From positions 32,488,001 through 32,552,000 of the forward strand of contig NC_090331.1 in the NCBI RefSeq assembly GCF_035084215.1: a stretch of DNA of 64,000 bases, read 5' to 3'. Shown here piece after piece: positions 38,990 to 54,187 of this stretch (positions are counted from its first letter, which is position 1; every line of letters begins with the position of its first letter). Below the pieces are notes generated by a model. The model ran no database searches. It saw nothing but the letters and a program-made list of their open reading frames with translations, and was not told the origin of the DNA. Source of the stretch: Heptranchias perlo. Taxonomy: Eukaryota. The position numbers were made by a program, and so were the translations under genes.

Positions 38990-39805
38990 GAAGCAGCCCA
39001 TGGCAGCCTACATCAGGACCTGGACAACATCCTGGCTTGGGCTGACAAGTGGCTGGTAACATTCGTGGCACAAGTGCCAGGTAATGACCATCTTGAACAT
39101 GAGAAGGCCCAACTAGCTCCCCTTGACTGTCAGTAAAATTATGATTGCCAAGTTCCTCACCATCAACATCTTTGGGGTTACCAATGACCAGGATCTTAAT
39201 TGGACTGCCATATCAAAAACAGGGCAAAGGTAGGGTACCCTGTGACAAGGAGCTCACACCCGTGCCTAAAAGCCTTTCCACCATTTACAAGGCTCAAGAC
39301 AGGAGTGTGATGGAACACTCACTACTTGCCTGGATGGGTGCAGCTGCAACAATACTCAAGAAGCTTGACACCATCTAGGACAGAGCAGTTTATCTGATCA
39401 GCTCTCCTGCCATTGGACTCAATATCCACCCCCTCCATCACCAATGTAATACAGCTGCAGTTTGTATGATCTACAAGATATATTGCAGCAGCTCACCAAG
39501 ATCACTTTGATAGTGCTTCCCAAGCCCAGCAACCTCTACCACCAAGAAGGATAAGTGCAGCAATGTTGTGGGAACATCATCACCTCAAAGTTCTCCTGCA
39601 AGTCAAACTACATCCTGATTTCGACACATATTGCTTTCCCTTCATTGATGCTGGGTCAATATCCTGGAAGTCCCTAGCCAATACGATGGTGACAACGCCA
39701 TCAGCACAAGGAGTGCACCGGTTCAAGAAGAAAGTCCATCAGCGCCTTCTCAGGGCAAATAGGGAACAGGGCCTTGCATTTCAGAGAATAAATGTAAAAA
39801 AAATC
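38990..39805 (+). mobile_element. 3' fragment of the LINE family seen at 60400-61830
   Basis: LSTIYKAQDRSVMEHSLLAWMGAAATILKKLDTI versus LFTIYKAQVRIVMEYSPLAWMSAAPTTLKKLDTI. Confidence 0.85.
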
Positions 39806-42800
39806 TGAATACTGAGGGTTTACAGTGTAGCATTTTATATATGGGTATTGCTCTATACCTAAAGGCTATGTAACAGAGGTGTTACAAGAAGACTAAAGCT
39901 ATGGTTAAGTACTGCTATCCGATAGATGAACATTATATTGATTGATCTAAAATTATATTTGAAAGTGGCTTTCAGATTTTGTGCAAGATTTTGACATAAA
40001 AATAACTAACTTTCCTTATTCCCCAATTATTTGCATTTCACTTAAACAATTACTTCTGTTGTGAAATTTTTAGCTCGTTTACACATGGAAAAATATTTTT
40101 AGAAATTTACATAAGAGGAAAGTATTAGGCAAATTAACACACCCAAATTCTTATAGGTATACATTTTAATGTAACATTAAAAATAATATTTCTAACAGCT
40201 AATACTCAATTTCACCTATTTAAAATTAAACAATCTAAAATTTACTGAGGTTAAAATATGTAGCTCTAAAGTGGTTTTGTTAAAAAGTTTTTAAGAATTA
40301 ACTGAATTTTTACAGGACAGCTTCTATTCACTGATATTAAAAAAGGATACCTCATGATTAACAGCTTTTAAAAATTAGAATCATGAATCTTTAAAGTTCT
40401 AATTCTGTTGATTCCCAGAAGAGTTTTGATTAAACAGTTTATGTTAACTCTGTAGAAAACGAGATCTGGCCGAGTTAGAAAGCATGAAAGTGCAAGGGAG
40501 CTAAGTTAAAGAAACAACCATCAACCCTGGGTGCGACAGCAATCTTGTCACTTCAGTGGTTTATGGTAATTCAACTCTTGTACATGTTTAGGTGTAGAAA
40601 TTTCAGTCAGTTCCTCTGATTATGGCTTCAGCAGTTTTTAAACAAAAAGAGATATACATGGGCAAAAATATTAATCAAGATTATTTTTAATTGATTTGAA
40701 TACGGATATTGAGAATCTCCTTTGAGATTTCCATAAATACAGTTTGGATCGCTGTTACTTTGTAGAATACTGCTAAGATCCTATTCGCTAAACACAAAAT
40801 AACAGAAATTGTAGCATGGAAACAGGACATTCTGCCCAACCAGTCCTTGCTGATGTTCATCCAATTTCTATTTATCCTCTACTAAATCAGAGGTCCTACC
40901 TCACACTTAACGATTCTCTTTTTACTGATATATGTGTAGAATTCTTCACTGTTTGTTTAAATTTTTTTAGATTCTCTCCTCATTCTGCATATTTGCTTTC
41001 CTTATCCCTGTCGTAACTTCGTTCCTTATTTTCTTGTATTCACTCTTATTTTTAATCATACCTATTACCTCTCATATGCTCTCTTCAATTTTACTTTGTT
41101 TCTAACCTTTTTAGAAATATCTACACTAACAGAATTAGTAATGGATGGAGAATAATCTCAATGGTGAGTCTACAAAGATTTCAAACCATGTTCCAACGAC
41201 TTTGATGAAATCAAAATTTCTTCTACCACATTCAGGAAAAGAAACTTCAGTGTTTAAACAGTAATTTTACATAATAGTCCTGCTTTCATGTACACTATAC
41301 AGAAACACAGAAAATAAAGGGTAGTCATTCAGAACTACAGAATGGTAATTAAAGAATATATAGTTTCAAAACAGAAAATCTACATTTATGAGTTTTAACA
41401 CCAGAACTCTATTCAGCTGCAATGACCTCTGGTATCCAGGAAACAGACTATAAACAGGACAGTCTATCTGACCAAATTTAAAAGTTGGATACCCAAGTAA
41501 AGAGGTCTATATTAGACACAGAGCAAAGGTGGCAAGGCCCAAAGCACAGCATGCAGGAAAAGGCAGTATACCATGTCAGATCAGCACAGACTACCAGAAA
41601 CCAATTTTGCTCAACAAAGGGCACTTGAGATTCAAATAGAACAGGGCTTCCAACAGCACTGTACTCATGAGTCTCTTGAGCTCATGGGGAAAGTCCATCT
41701 TTGAATATCTATTGACCTTTAACCTCCTGATAACTATGGTGTATATCTGATCCTGGAAACATACCTAGGGATGCAATACACTCTCCTAGGATGGTTGACG
41801 ATATGTCCCACCTTGCTGTCATGTGGGCATTAAGGAAAGAAGAACCAGGTTGTTAGAAATGTGACAAATACTAATGCAATGTGGTGTTAATATGGACATG
41901 GGTCATCTCAAGGATGCAGCTACTGCAATTCAAATCCATGCAAAGCATCACTGAAGATCAAAATTTAGTGAATAGCACCTGACGAATATCCAAATGAATA
42001 GTTAATTTTGGTATTCAACTACATTTATAGCTCTGCGCCTTTATTTGTGTTATCTCAGCACAGTATTCTTCAGACTTGCAGTACTTTATTGCATTCTCGT
42101 AGTACTGAAGTTTGTGAATACCCTGCAAATTCAAAACATTCAAGCATGTAGGTGTTCTGCTCAAAGTTTATGAATAACTGGCAGTCTGATGCTTCACAGA
42201 AGCTTAGAGAAGGTGGCTGTATATTGTTTATTAGTATTAGCCTGTGTTCATAAAAAAAAATTTAAAACTACAAACAGAACTAGAAATGAAGTATAAAAAA
42301 TGATAAAGGAGAATCAGAAGATGAAGCACAGATCGTTGTAGAAAATAAGGCACAACAGCTGATTACAATCAACAGTGATTAACAAGCTTAATTTAAAGTT
42401 ATGGGCTGATCATATTCATGATGAAATTACACAATCAATTACTGTGCCAATCATGCCTTGATTAGCCAGGGAATAGTTCTGATGTATTAGCATATAAATT
42501 TGGTTTAGTTGCATCTAGCCGAGGTACTTTAACCTTGAAAAATGAGGACATTAAATGGGTTGTATTACAATATCAAACACTATAAGTAGTGCAGAAATAA
42601 ACAGGAAATATATTATTGCTTTAGAATTCCATGATTATAAGTAGATTGGTATATAAAATAATTTGATAACATTTCATGAAGCAAAATTCAGAAAAATTGG
42701 TAGTCATTGCACATTAAAAAAACATTGTTATTGTGAGTTAGGTTCCTGAATAGAATGATGGCAACCCTAAAGTACACAACTACAATATTACAGTTTCAAA

Positions 42801-42809
42801 AAGATGCAG

Positions 42810-43255
42810 TTTTGAAAGGGAGGGAGACAGTACTTGAGGAAAGGGAACCATTTACAATATCAGCTAGCATGGGGGTCAGGAAGGAAAGTCTGATGGCTGG
42901 CAGTTAAATGGGAACGGGATCTAGTAAGCAGGAGGTGGGAGATTGCATGAGGGGAGATAGGAGAGAAATGTGAAAAAATGTGATATCAAGATTGGGCAGG
43001 AGAGAGTCTGGGGAACAGTTTGACTTGGTGAGCAAGGAGAAGGAGCACAGGCAGTGAATGGATAGGCTCAATCTTAGTGAGAAACAAGTCCATGAGCTCC
43101 TCACACTTGTTAGAGATGAGAGTCGAGGGGACAGGGGATAGGGGTTTAAAAGGAAAAAAGTAGTCGGGGGTTATCTTTGCTCTCCAGGATGATCCTGCAG
43201 TAAGCGGTCTTGGCAGAAGAGAGTGATACCTGATAGCACTTGTTGTGGTCCAGCC
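42810..43255 (-). mobile_element. L2 internal fragment
   Basis: PTSCLLDPVP motif; reverse-homologous to ~20170-20670. Confidence 0.75.
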
Positions 43256-44031
43256 AGATCCAGTGATGGACAGCTAAACCATCCATCCAATGCACTGCTT
43301 GAGGAAGTTTTGTTATAAATATACAAACATACTACTTGAGGAAGGAATACAGCAGACATTTTAGGAATTCAATTCTCTATTTTCCATTAACTCACTCCCT
43401 GTCTCAAACAATAGGTAACTAAAATCACCTGGAATAATAATTTTGTTATTCCTCTAATTTCCCTGATCTGTCTACAGATTTCCTCTTCCATTTCCCACTC
43501 ACAATTAAGGGACCATGGTACAATCCCACTAATGTAAAAATCCCTTTTCATTTTTGATCTCTAGCCATCTCTATTCTGTCTGAACCTCTTTTCTGTACCT
43601 CAGTCTTCTATACTGCATATATTCCCTCTTTCACCAATATTGCCACTCCTCGTCCTTTCTTACCTATTCTATCTCTCCTAAAAATATCATAACCAGATAT
43701 GTTTATTTTCCAATCCTGTCCAGTTAGTATGCCAAACATGGACATCTATGAATGGTCTTGGGCCATCAAAAGCAGAATTGTAACCACCACAATCTGTAAT
43801 CTTATGGTCAGACATGTTTCTCACATCACCATCAAGCTGAGAGATCAACCCTAGTTCAATGTGGAGTGTTGAAGGGTGTGCTAGGAGCAGCACCAAGCAT
43901 ACATTAGAATGAGGCAGCAGCCTAACGAGGTTACAACACAGGGCTACCTGCAAACTAGATACCAAAAGCAGATGGATACAATCAGAGCTAAATGGTTCCA
44001 TAACCAACAAATCAAAACAAGGCTGTATACC

Positions 44032-44461
44032 ACGTATGGTTAGGAACAGGAGTAAGCCATTCAGCCCCTCGTGCCTGCTCCGCCACTTGATAAGATCATG
44101 GCTGATCTGTGATCTAGCTCCATATACCTGCCTTTGGCCCATATCCCTTAATACCTTTGGTTGCCAAAAAGCTATCCATCTCACATTTAAATTTAGCAAT
44201 TGAGCTAGCATCAATTGCCGTTTGCGGAAGAGAGTTCCAAACTTCTACCACCCTTTGTGTGTAGAAATGTTTTCTAATCTCACTCCTGAAAGGTCTGGCT
44301 CTAATTTTTAGACTGTGCCCCCTACTCCTAGAATCCCCAACCAGTGGAAATAGTTTCTCTCTATCCACCATATCCGTTCCCTTTAATATCTTATAAACTT
44401 CAATCAGATCACCCCTTAACCTTCGAAACTCTAGAGAATACAACCCCAATTTGTGTAATCG
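44032..44461 (-). mobile_element. CR1 3' fragment
   Basis: ORF 44114-44527 LGLYSLEFRRLRGDLIEVYKIL..GYGPKAGIWS. Confidence 0.92.
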
Positions 44462-44549
44462 ACAAAGGTAGTCGACAATCAGACAAATAACAGGAGCAGG
44501 AGGCTCCAAGAGCATCCCTATCCTCAACCACAGCAGAGCTCAGCACAGG

Positions 44550-46967
44550 GATAAGAGCAGAGTTCAGGTCACAAACAGTGCTCTAGATACCCCAGGTAAA
44601 GGGAATACTAAAATAACCAAACTAGTTACAGCAGGAGCGACAAATAAGAAACGTGTTAAGTTATAAGGTGTGAGAAAGACAGCATCAGGGCAAAAGAGCA
44701 GGTTAGGGTCTCTTGCCCAAATAAGAGTTTTATATACTAACGCACAGAGTATAAGAAATAAATTGAGTGAATTCGAGGCTCAAATGCAGCTTACAGGGTA
44801 TGACATGGTGGCTATTACTGAGACATGGCTGCAAGCTGGTCATGATTGGGAGTTAAATATTCCAGGTTGTATGGTCTTTGGAAAGGATAGGGAAACTGGA
44901 AGAGGAGGGGTAGTCTTATTGATTAAAGATACGATTACAACATTAAGAGAGAATATAGGTAAGGGAAAGCAATCAGCGGAAACTCTATGGTTAGAATTGA
45001 GGAATAAGACAGGACTTAAAACTGTAATGGGAGTTGTCTACAGGTCTACTAACAGCAGCAATGAAGTGGCAAAAAGAATTAATTCAGAGATTATAGAGGC
45101 TTGTCGCAAAAGCAGAGTTGTTTTAATGGGAGACGTTAATTTTCATATAGATTGGGAAGAGCCAGAGTAGCTCATCAAAAAGGTAGTGAATTTCTTGAGT
45201 GCATTCAAGATAGTTTTCAAGAGCAATATGTTCTAGGATCAATAAGAGGGCAGGCCATACCAGATTTAACAATAAGTAATGAGGAAATGGCAGACTTGTT
45301 GAATAATTACTTTGTGTCAGTCTTCACAGTAGAGGAAGGGGATAACATACCTGACATTTCAAGGAAACTAATAATGAATCAAGTACTGGAACTCACTGAA
45401 GTTAATGTAAGGAAGAAAACAGTATTAGAAAAAATAATGGCATTAAAGGCTGATAAAACCCCAGGGCCTGATTGTTTCCATCCCATGGTTTTAAAAGGAA
45501 GTAGGTGAGGAAATTGCAGCTGCTTTAGCCATAATCTTCCAAAGCTCTCTCGATTCAGGAATTGTCCCTTTAGATTGGAAAATTGCAAACGTAACTCCAT
45601 TATTTAAGAAAGGTAAGAGAGAGAAAGCAGAAAATTATAGACCTGTTAGTCTAATATCTGTTGTGGGAAAGTTATTGGAATCTATAATTAAGGACAGAAT
45701 GACTGAGCACTTAGAGAAATTTGAGCTGATTAGAGAGATTTGTAAAGGGTAGGTCATGTCTAACGAATCTAATTGAATTTTTTGAGGAAGTAACTAAAGT
45801 AGTAGGCAAGGAAATGTCTATGGACTTCCAGAAGGCGTTTGATAAGGTTCCACATATAAGGTTAGCTAAAATTAAAGCTTATAGAATTGAAGGAAAATTA
45901 TTGACCTAGTTAGGAGATTGGTTAGGTGGTAAATGACAGAGAGTAGGGAGAATAGGTATATACTCAAATTGGGAGGAAATGACTAGTAGTGTCCCACTTG
46001 GGTCTGTGCTGGGGCCTCAACTATTCACTATATTTATTAATGACTTAGATAACACAATAGAGAGCCATATATCCAAGTTTGCTGATGACACAAAGATTAG
46101 TGGCATAGTATGTAGTGTAGACAGGAACATAACATTACAAAGAGATATTGATAAATTAAGTGAGTGGGCAAAAAACTGTGGCAGATGGATTTCAAAGCAG
46201 GTAAATGTGAGGTCATCATTTTGGACCAAAAAAGGATAGATCTGTGTATATTTTAAATGGTGAAAAGCTAGCAACAGTGGAGGTCCAAAGAGGTTTCGGG
46301 GTCCATGTACACAGATCACTAAAATGTAATAGTCAGGTACAAAAAATAATCAAAAAGGCTAATGAAATGTTAGCCTTTATAACCAGAGGGCTGGAATATA
46401 AAGGGGAGAATGTTTTGCTACAGCTATACAAAGCCCTGGTTAGACCACGTCTGGAGTACTGTTCTGGGCACTGCACATTAGAAAGGATATATTGGCCTTG
46501 GCAGGAGTCCAGCACAGATTCACCAGAATGTTACCAGGACTCCAAGGATTAAATTATGAGGAGACTTTACATAAACTAGGCTTGTATTCCCTGGAATATT
46601 GAAGGCTAAGGGGTGATTTGATTGAGGTTTTTAGGATTTTGAAAGGAATTGATAGGGTAGATAGAGAGAAACTTTTTCTGCTGGTGGGTAGACAAGGGGA
46701 CATCATCTTAAAATCAGTGCCAGGCCATTTAGGAGAGGTTAGGAAATGCTTCTTTGCATAAAGGGTGGTAGAAGTGTGGAACTGTCTCCCACAAAAAGCA
46801 GTAGATGCTAGCTCAATTAATAATTTTAAATCTAAGATCGATAATTTTTGCTAGCCGAGGGTATTAAAGGATATGAAGCCAAGGCGGGTGGATGGAGTTA
46901 GGATACGGATCAGCCATGATCTCAGTGAATAATGGAACAGGTTTGAGGGGCTGAATGGCCTACTCCT
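44550..46967 (+). mobile_element. Decayed CR1 ORF2 with internal deletion
   Basis: LYTNAQSIRNK, AITETWL, MGDVN, FADDTK; endonuclease joined directly to the pre-RT region near 45275. Confidence 0.9.
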
Positions 46968-47854
46968 GAGTGTAAGAGACAAGGTTGAAGGGGTTTTCAA
47001 GAGTCTTCAGCCATAAGTGCCAAATGGATGATCGTATTCAGCCTCTTCCAGAGGAGCGCACTACCTTAGATGCTGCTATCCAGCCAATTTGGTTCATTCT
47101 GCATGACTTTAAGAAATGAGGGTACACTGGACACAGTGAAGGCGATGGATCCTGACAACATCTCAGCCAAAGTGCTAAAGATCTGCGCACTCTCTCTAGC
47201 CAAGCCTTTTTAGTGCAGCTATGACACTAGTATCTTCCCAAGAATGTGAAAAATTGCCCACATATGTCCAATCCACAAAAAGCAGGACAAGTCTAGTGTA
47301 ACTACTTACCACCCTATCAGCCTCCTCCCAATTATCAGCAATTCAACTGAAGAAATCATCAACATTGCCATTATGCAATACGCATTCACCAATAATCTGC
47401 TCACTGACGCTCAGTTCAGGTTCTGCCAGAACTACTTACCTCCAGACATCATCACAGCCTTGATCCAGACATGGACACAAGAGCTGAATGCAAATGGAGG
47501 GGTGAGAATAACTGCCCTTGACATCAAAGCAGTATCTGACTGAGTATTGCACCAATGAGTCCTAGCAAGACTGTGATCAGTGGGGGTGAAGGAGAAAACC
47601 CCCAGTAGTGGAATCATACTTGACACGCAGGAAGATGGTTGTGATTACTAGAGGCCAATCATTACAGCCATAAGACATTGCTGCAGGAGTTGCTCAGGAC
47701 AGCGTCTTTGGTCTATCCATCTTCAGCTGCTTCATCAATGATCTTCCTTCTATCATAAGGTCATGAGTAGGTGCTGCTCGCTGATGATTGCTGGGAATGA
47801 GTGTCCAAAAGGGGTTGAAGTGCTAGATAAGTGAATCCAAATATAAATTAAGAG

Positions 47855-48237
47855 CCAGCATTTATATCGTGGCTTTCCACGACCTCAGTATGTCCCAAAG
47901 TGTTTCACAGCCAATTAATTACTTTTGAAATCTATTGTTATGTAGGCAAATGTGACAGCAAATCTATGCAAAAACAAGGTCCACCAAATAGCGAATGAGA
48001 TTAATTAGTTTTTGCTGATGTTGGTTGAGGGATAAATGTTGGCCTGCTCTTCTTCAAACAGTGCCATGGGATCTTTTACATGCACCTGAATAGGTAGCTG
48101 GGACCTTGGTATAACATCTGATCAGAAAGACAGCACCTCTGACAATGCAGTATTCAGTACTGCACTGAATAGCCTAGATGATGTGCTCAAGTTCTGGAGT
48201 GGGGCTTCAACCCACAGTCAGAGATAAGAGTGCTGTC
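47855..48237 (-). mobile_element. SacSINE1/DeuSINE-like SINE
   Basis: Third homologous copy; gcatttatat end is the reverse complement of the L2 tail. Confidence 0.75.
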
Positions 48238-49867
48238 ATGAACAACTTAAACATTTTTAAAAGAATTTTAAAGATACTGAAAACGTTTAGTGTAATTAGA
48301 ACATAGTAAGCAGGGTTGGTTTACAGAAAACCAGTGCTCATTTTCTGGTCAAATTTTCCTTAAATCAAGCAAGATATCAGCACTCAGCTGCTGCTGCCAC
48401 CTCCCCCCCCCCACCCCAAAACAAACTATTTTTTGACCCTTAACTCTCCCACTGAGTAAGAATTCCCTTTACACAATGGCTGGCAGATCCATGCCTTAAT
48501 TCCACTAGTCCCCATCCTTAGTCCCTCCCCTTTCTCTTCCCCTTCCTGTTCCCCTCTGCTCCCTACTCCCCATTCCTTGTCCTCAGTGCCTTCCTTCTCC
48601 CCCCTCTCTCCTATTTGCCTCTTTCACCTCCTCTCTCGCTCTTGTCCCTCCCCGCTCCCCACATTGGTTCCATTATGTCTGATCACCTTGTCCTACTTGA
48701 CATGAAAAATTAAAACTGGTCTTGCCTGCCCACGTACAGCACACAGGAGATTTGACTAGTAATTATTGTAAATTTACATCAATCAAATGTATTAATTTGG
48801 AAATAGTTAAACTTGGGAAGGGACCATCTAGACAAGTCCAAGACTCACAAACGATAGCCATTATCTATAGCAAAATGGAAATTGCAGGAAAAGCACTTTC
48901 TCCCGTTGCATGGAGTGAAATAATTCTCACAGCAAATAAAATTAGTTAAATGCACTCCATCAGTGTTCAAATAAGCCTTGATTAGATAACTTGCAAGGTT
49001 CCAACCAATGTATGCGAAATATTTTTATAGCTCCCAAAATTCAAATTGCTTAATTAAATTAATTGAAGTTTTATACATATTTAATTTGATTATAAATTTT
49101 TATACGTGATTGGTGTGCCATTAGGCCAAGTTGATTATTTGCGTAGCTTGATAACTACTTGGATATGCAGAAGCTTTTTTAAAAAAAAACTTTGTTGAAA
49201 TATTTCATTGAAGTAAGAATAAACAGCATGGTTCAGAATGCTGGAGTGTAAACCTGCAACACAACAAAGTGGTGGGGTGCAGCTGTGGTCCTAAACCACA
49301 GCTCCCAATCTCAGCTGCGCTGCTGCAGGAAAGGGTGCAAGGCAAATTAAGGGAAAGTCCTTAAAGGGAAGTACGTCTCATAGCAAGCTGCAAGAGCAGC
49401 ACTGGTGGTGGACTAGATGCCCTTTTGGATGCAGAAAAAGCCTGGGGGGTGGGGGCGGGAGAACAGGGAGAACCATAATTAACCAGGGGAAATGATTGGC
49501 AATGAAAGGTTACATTAAAAAAAAATCATGGAACAAGCTGGTTTAAACACCTAGCTTCAATAATAAAGTACTGGAAACCATTTCTTACTTTGTGTTTCTT
49601 GTTTATCGCTTCTCTTTGACTTTGAAGACTCCAGGAGACCCTAATCTGAAAACATCTTGAAGTCTTTGAATGTGTCTGTCAAAGCAGACGATGCACATGG
49701 GTCCAGCCAAGATCATACTAGGCGCTGGGCTAAAGCCTTTATTGAGGCTTAATGTGCAGCCTAAACAAAATCAAGGCTGATTGTGTGACAGAGTTTCACT
49801 TGTAGAGTGACCTGAAATTCCTTGCAGAAATATTTATCATGTTGCACAGCTATTATTCTCCATTTAT

Positions 49868-50282
49868 CGAGTTACATCGAAGCTACAGCACAGAAACAGG
49901 CCATGTGGCCCAACTGGCTTATGCCGACGTTTATGCTCCACATGAGCCTCCTCCCTCTCTACCTCATCTAACCCTATCAGCATGCTCTTCTATTCCTTTC
50001 TCCCTCATGTGCCTATCTAGCTTCCCCTTAAATGTATCTATGCTATTTGCCTCAACTGCTCCTTGTGATAGAGCGCTCCAGATTCTTACTATTCTTTGGG
50101 TAAAGAAGTTTCTCCTGAATTCCCTATTGGGTTTATTAATGACTATTTTATATTTATGACCTCTATTTTTGGACTCCCCCACAAGTGGAAACATTTTCTC
50201 TACATCTACCCTATCAAACCCTTCAATTATCTTAAAGGCCTCTATCAGGTCACCCCTCAGCCTTCTCTTTTCTAGAGAGAAA
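49868..50282 (-). mobile_element. CR1 3' fragment, same subfamily as 1-580
   Basis: ORF 49964-50194; aligns with 3-398. Confidence 0.9.
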
Positions 50283-52194
50283 AATTATGACAATTGTGTT
50301 GACAGAAAAACAAGTTAATTCTCATTCTTTATCTGCCTACCTGGACATTAGGAATTATCTTACTACCAGGACCCCAAAGTCTATGCTCTTGTGCTATTCT
50401 AATATTAGCAACACATATTGCACAAGCTGTTCAACTTAGCTAATGAGAATTTATGTAAGTGGAAGATTTTGATGGTTTTATTTTACAAAAAGTAAAATTT
50501 TCCTCTCGCTTTCCGAGTACTGTTGCTGATATGTGTTTATAATTTATATTGCAGCTAAGCTCCTTATACTGCTTTGGTTTCATATCACTGCATCAAAAAC
50601 AGTTACAATGCAGCCGATGTAACTGCACATATCATTATGACATCCAGATCCCGTGTACATATGTAGCAGTGCGTCAAAGATTGTAACTGAACTCCAATAA
50701 AGTGCTGCAAGTAGACATTCATTCATTCATTCACTCACATGAACTTAACTGAAATTGGAATTTATGTCAAACTAGTTCAAGTAATGGAACTAAAGCATCA
50801 GTTCTGGATAGGTTGATTTGCCCATTCCTTTCATTCAGTTGCTTTTCACTGGGTATCACTATATGTCCTCTTCAGACTTCCAATATCTCAATATTTACTT
50901 CACTGATTCGCAGACCAAGGCAGCGAGCTTCGCAACTCTAAGCCCTTAAGTGCTTCTGAAGAGGCCGCTCAGCAAATCTTGAGGCCTGAAAGCAAAGAGG
51001 GAGTGGGGCAGAATGAAGTCAAAGACCTCCCCCAAGCTCAGGACTAGTTCCATTCTTCTACTGTTACTTTTTTTTCCCCCTTTACTCACTCAATCATGCA
51101 TACACACTAGCACATCAAGATTTCAGGTGGTAGAACACTGGGCGAGCATAGAAAATAAGGTGGAGAGCCTTTCCATTGGTTCCCCTCTACTACTTTCAGA
51201 AGTGACAGTGGATATTGAATATGCCTTCCCAAACGTGGGAGGGTATATTCAAATTACATGTCAATAGAGGGAAAACATCACATTCTGTATTTTCTGTCAT
51301 TAACACAATAGCAATGTTGAACACTTGGCACACCGATGAGTTCCTGGTGTCCAAAATTACCATGGGGGTAGAGGGGGGAGGGTTAAATTTTAAACCAGGC
51401 AAATGACTGGACTTGGCCAATGCACCAATTCTAAAATCTCCTTCACTTCTTCAGCAGCCCCAGAGGTAGCCAGCCAGTTTCCACTGCTGGAGGTGCTCAA
51501 GGCTTGCAGTGTGATATTCCTCACCCTCTCTGCCCTTGGTAGGATTCCTTGCACTGGTAGAAATATGAGCTGAAGCCCTCTAAAAAAAAATGCTGGGGTC
51601 AGCATTGGAAGCCATAGGAGGGCACACTCTGTTGCAGTTCTGTGGAATTCCCACCAGAGGAAAATTGACACCAAAGTCCCAATAATTCAGCCAATCTTTG
51701 CACTAAAATATGAACTACACAATACTTTAAACTAAACAATGTAAATAACACAGTAAAGTGCAAATTTGGTGCTAAAAAATGGAATTAAGCAACTTTGAAT
51801 TGAGTAGACTTTGGTCACATATATAGTGTTTGAAGGAGTGTCTTGCACCCAACATACGTTGAAGGTGCTCCCTAAGAACATGTTCCTGTGCCATGTAATG
51901 AATTCAGTAACTCACAGCACCCTGTGTCACTCACTCCACCTGTAATAAGCACTCTGGGGGTTTGAGAAGGACGCACTGGTTGAATCACAGAGCACAAGTT
52001 AGTAGGAATGCACGATGATGGCAGTGGAGGTACAGGCTAGAAGGCTGGCTCGAGACCTCCTCAGCTGAACAGCCCTGGGATTTGAACCTCATGAGGCCTG
52101 CCTTTGAAAGAAGGCTACTATCTAATTATCAATGTTTTATTTGGTCACTTGAGAGTGTGCAAAATATCGTGAAACATCTTCTGGTGACTGGAAA

Positions 52195-52500
52195 AAGCAC
52201 AAGAAGGGATAGTGCACCATGGTCACAGTCACAAAGACTGTCACTGGTGACTGTGATCAAGGCAAACTTGAAGCAATAAGTGGGGCGGAAGCCGGATTAA
52301 AGGAATTTGAAGAAGGAGTGATGGATGAAGACACATGGAGTTGGATGGCAGAGACATTCAAGGACTTTGAAGAAGGTAAAGCTGGAGATAAGGTGTTTAT
52401 TGGACAGGGCAGAGGGATTAATGATAGTTTTCTTTGAGGAAGGTAGTGATGACAATCTTGAAAAATGGTGGTACAGAGCTTGAAGGGAGAGAGTAATCAA
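52195..52500 (-). mobile_element. Old L2 fragment
   Basis: Reverse-homologous to ~20620-20910 (KKT..NPS.L.N..ISS..F.KVLE). Confidence 0.55.
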
Positions 52501-54023
52501 CAATATAAGAGAACACTCGGCGAAGCAGTCACACATGACCGCTCTCTAACTCACGATGGAGCACAAGGCAACTCTTGGGACATGTGCAGCAGAGCCCCAA
52601 TAACGGAGATATTGCAAACAGTGAGATAATCTCTTGTCACTGCTCACACTGCTGCTGTGGAGGCCTGGGACTGGAATCTCCAAGAGGCTGTTCCAACATG
52701 CTAAGGTGTCGGATGGTGGGAACCATTAGACTGGGCTTTATAAATCCAACATATTCTCAGTGGTTTGCTTCCACTCAAAATTCTGCCAAACGAAAGTCCA
52801 GCAAGGAAAAACCCAATGAAAAATTACACTATGAAAAATTCTATTATAAAAAAAAATCCACCTATCAGAAATTTTGCAGTTCACATTTTAACAAGCAATT
52901 TCCTCAAAGGCTAGAAAGTGCCTCATCTTCATTGATCATTTTGTATGTACAAGACGGGCACTCAGTGTATTCACCACAAGAATAATCAGGGAATTGTATG
53001 CAGTCTCATGTAAATACAATTTTTGTCTATTTCAATATTAAAATGAAGCTTACACAGCATGCACCTTAGGCTGGCCTACAATTTTAAGCATGGTGGGATT
53101 TGAACTGGAATCTGGTGATATGGATTTCTGTGCCCTTGCTTGCTAGTTCTGTGTGGTGTGAATAATCTCACTGCTAGAAAGTGTACTCTATAAATCCTTT
53201 GTGAGCCTGTACCCCATTCTAACATTTTAATTAATTGCTCACTTATCATCCTAACTTTCTGGCACAATTTCTGTGCTGAATCTGAAAAGTATGATGGTCA
53301 CTAGCCATATTAAAACCTTATCCAAGATTGTCCTGTGCAACAACAACACCACCAAGTTCACGTCACAGTATTTAAAAAAAAACACAGGCATATACAAATA
53401 ATTGTTAATAATTACAGCAACAGGCACAAATTTGGATAGTGAAATGGTCAAAATAATTTAGTTGTGGCACTTAAATGTCTTTTATTTCATGTGGTCCAAA
53501 GTTGCTCCAATTATGTTAGATATTGCACCCATGCAGGTTATCTTACATATATACATGCAGCAAAGCTAACAGTATAAAATAGCATGAATGGTAGAGGCAA
53601 CAAATGTGAAACAAAACTTGATCTGAAAACTAAAAATTTGCATTTCTGTTTAACACAGAATTCTCAGACAAAGCATAAGATGGAACTATTCTTTCATTGA
53701 TGAGCAAACACAAAATATAAACCTATAAATTGCTGTCGGTGATATTAACAAGCACTTAATCCAATCACAGGACATGCCTGTCAGCTATTTTAGCAAAGGC
53801 ATTAACCCATTTAAAATAAACAGGTTTCCAGCAAAGTGACTTGAAAAGAATTGCTGATCCCACTTGTGCACATTCTTGCTTATATTATGCTACCAACGCC
53901 AACAGATCAAGGTCCATTTTTAATGTTATTTTTGTTAGACAAAGAACTGAATCAGATCTTATTTTCTTTGCACGAGTGCTTTCGTGGCATGCCAGAAGCA
54001 ACACCTGTAAGTGCTTTTGCATT

Positions 54024-54082
54024 TCATAGAGTCATAGAATGGTTACAGCACAGAAGGAGGCTGTTCGGCCCATCGAGCCCAT
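54024..54082 (-). mobile_element. CR1 3' stub
   Basis: tcatagagtcatagaatggttacagcacagaaggagg.. Confidence 0.75.
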
Positions 54083-54187
54083 GTCATATGCTGATGCTCA
54101 TATCCAGTTATATTTTGCTTTGCAGAACTAAATCAAAAACATTTTCCTAAATTTAAGACAAGGCCTTTTCATAATAAATGTTTGTGT

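Larger units (their letters stand above)
43720..47790 (+). mobile_element. Decayed LINE (family of 60400-61830) split by two CR1 insertions
   Basis: Host pieces ~43720-44030, 44462-44546 and 46968-47790 (reverse-homologous to 61300-61820). Confidence 0.7.

Noticed and set aside
48500-48660. Pyrimidine-rich tract as a functional element
   Set aside because: Low-complexity sequence with no unit structure or other support.
51830-52800. RTE-like LINE remnants
   Set aside because: Only vague resemblance; too degraded to support a call, apart from the L2 piece listed.
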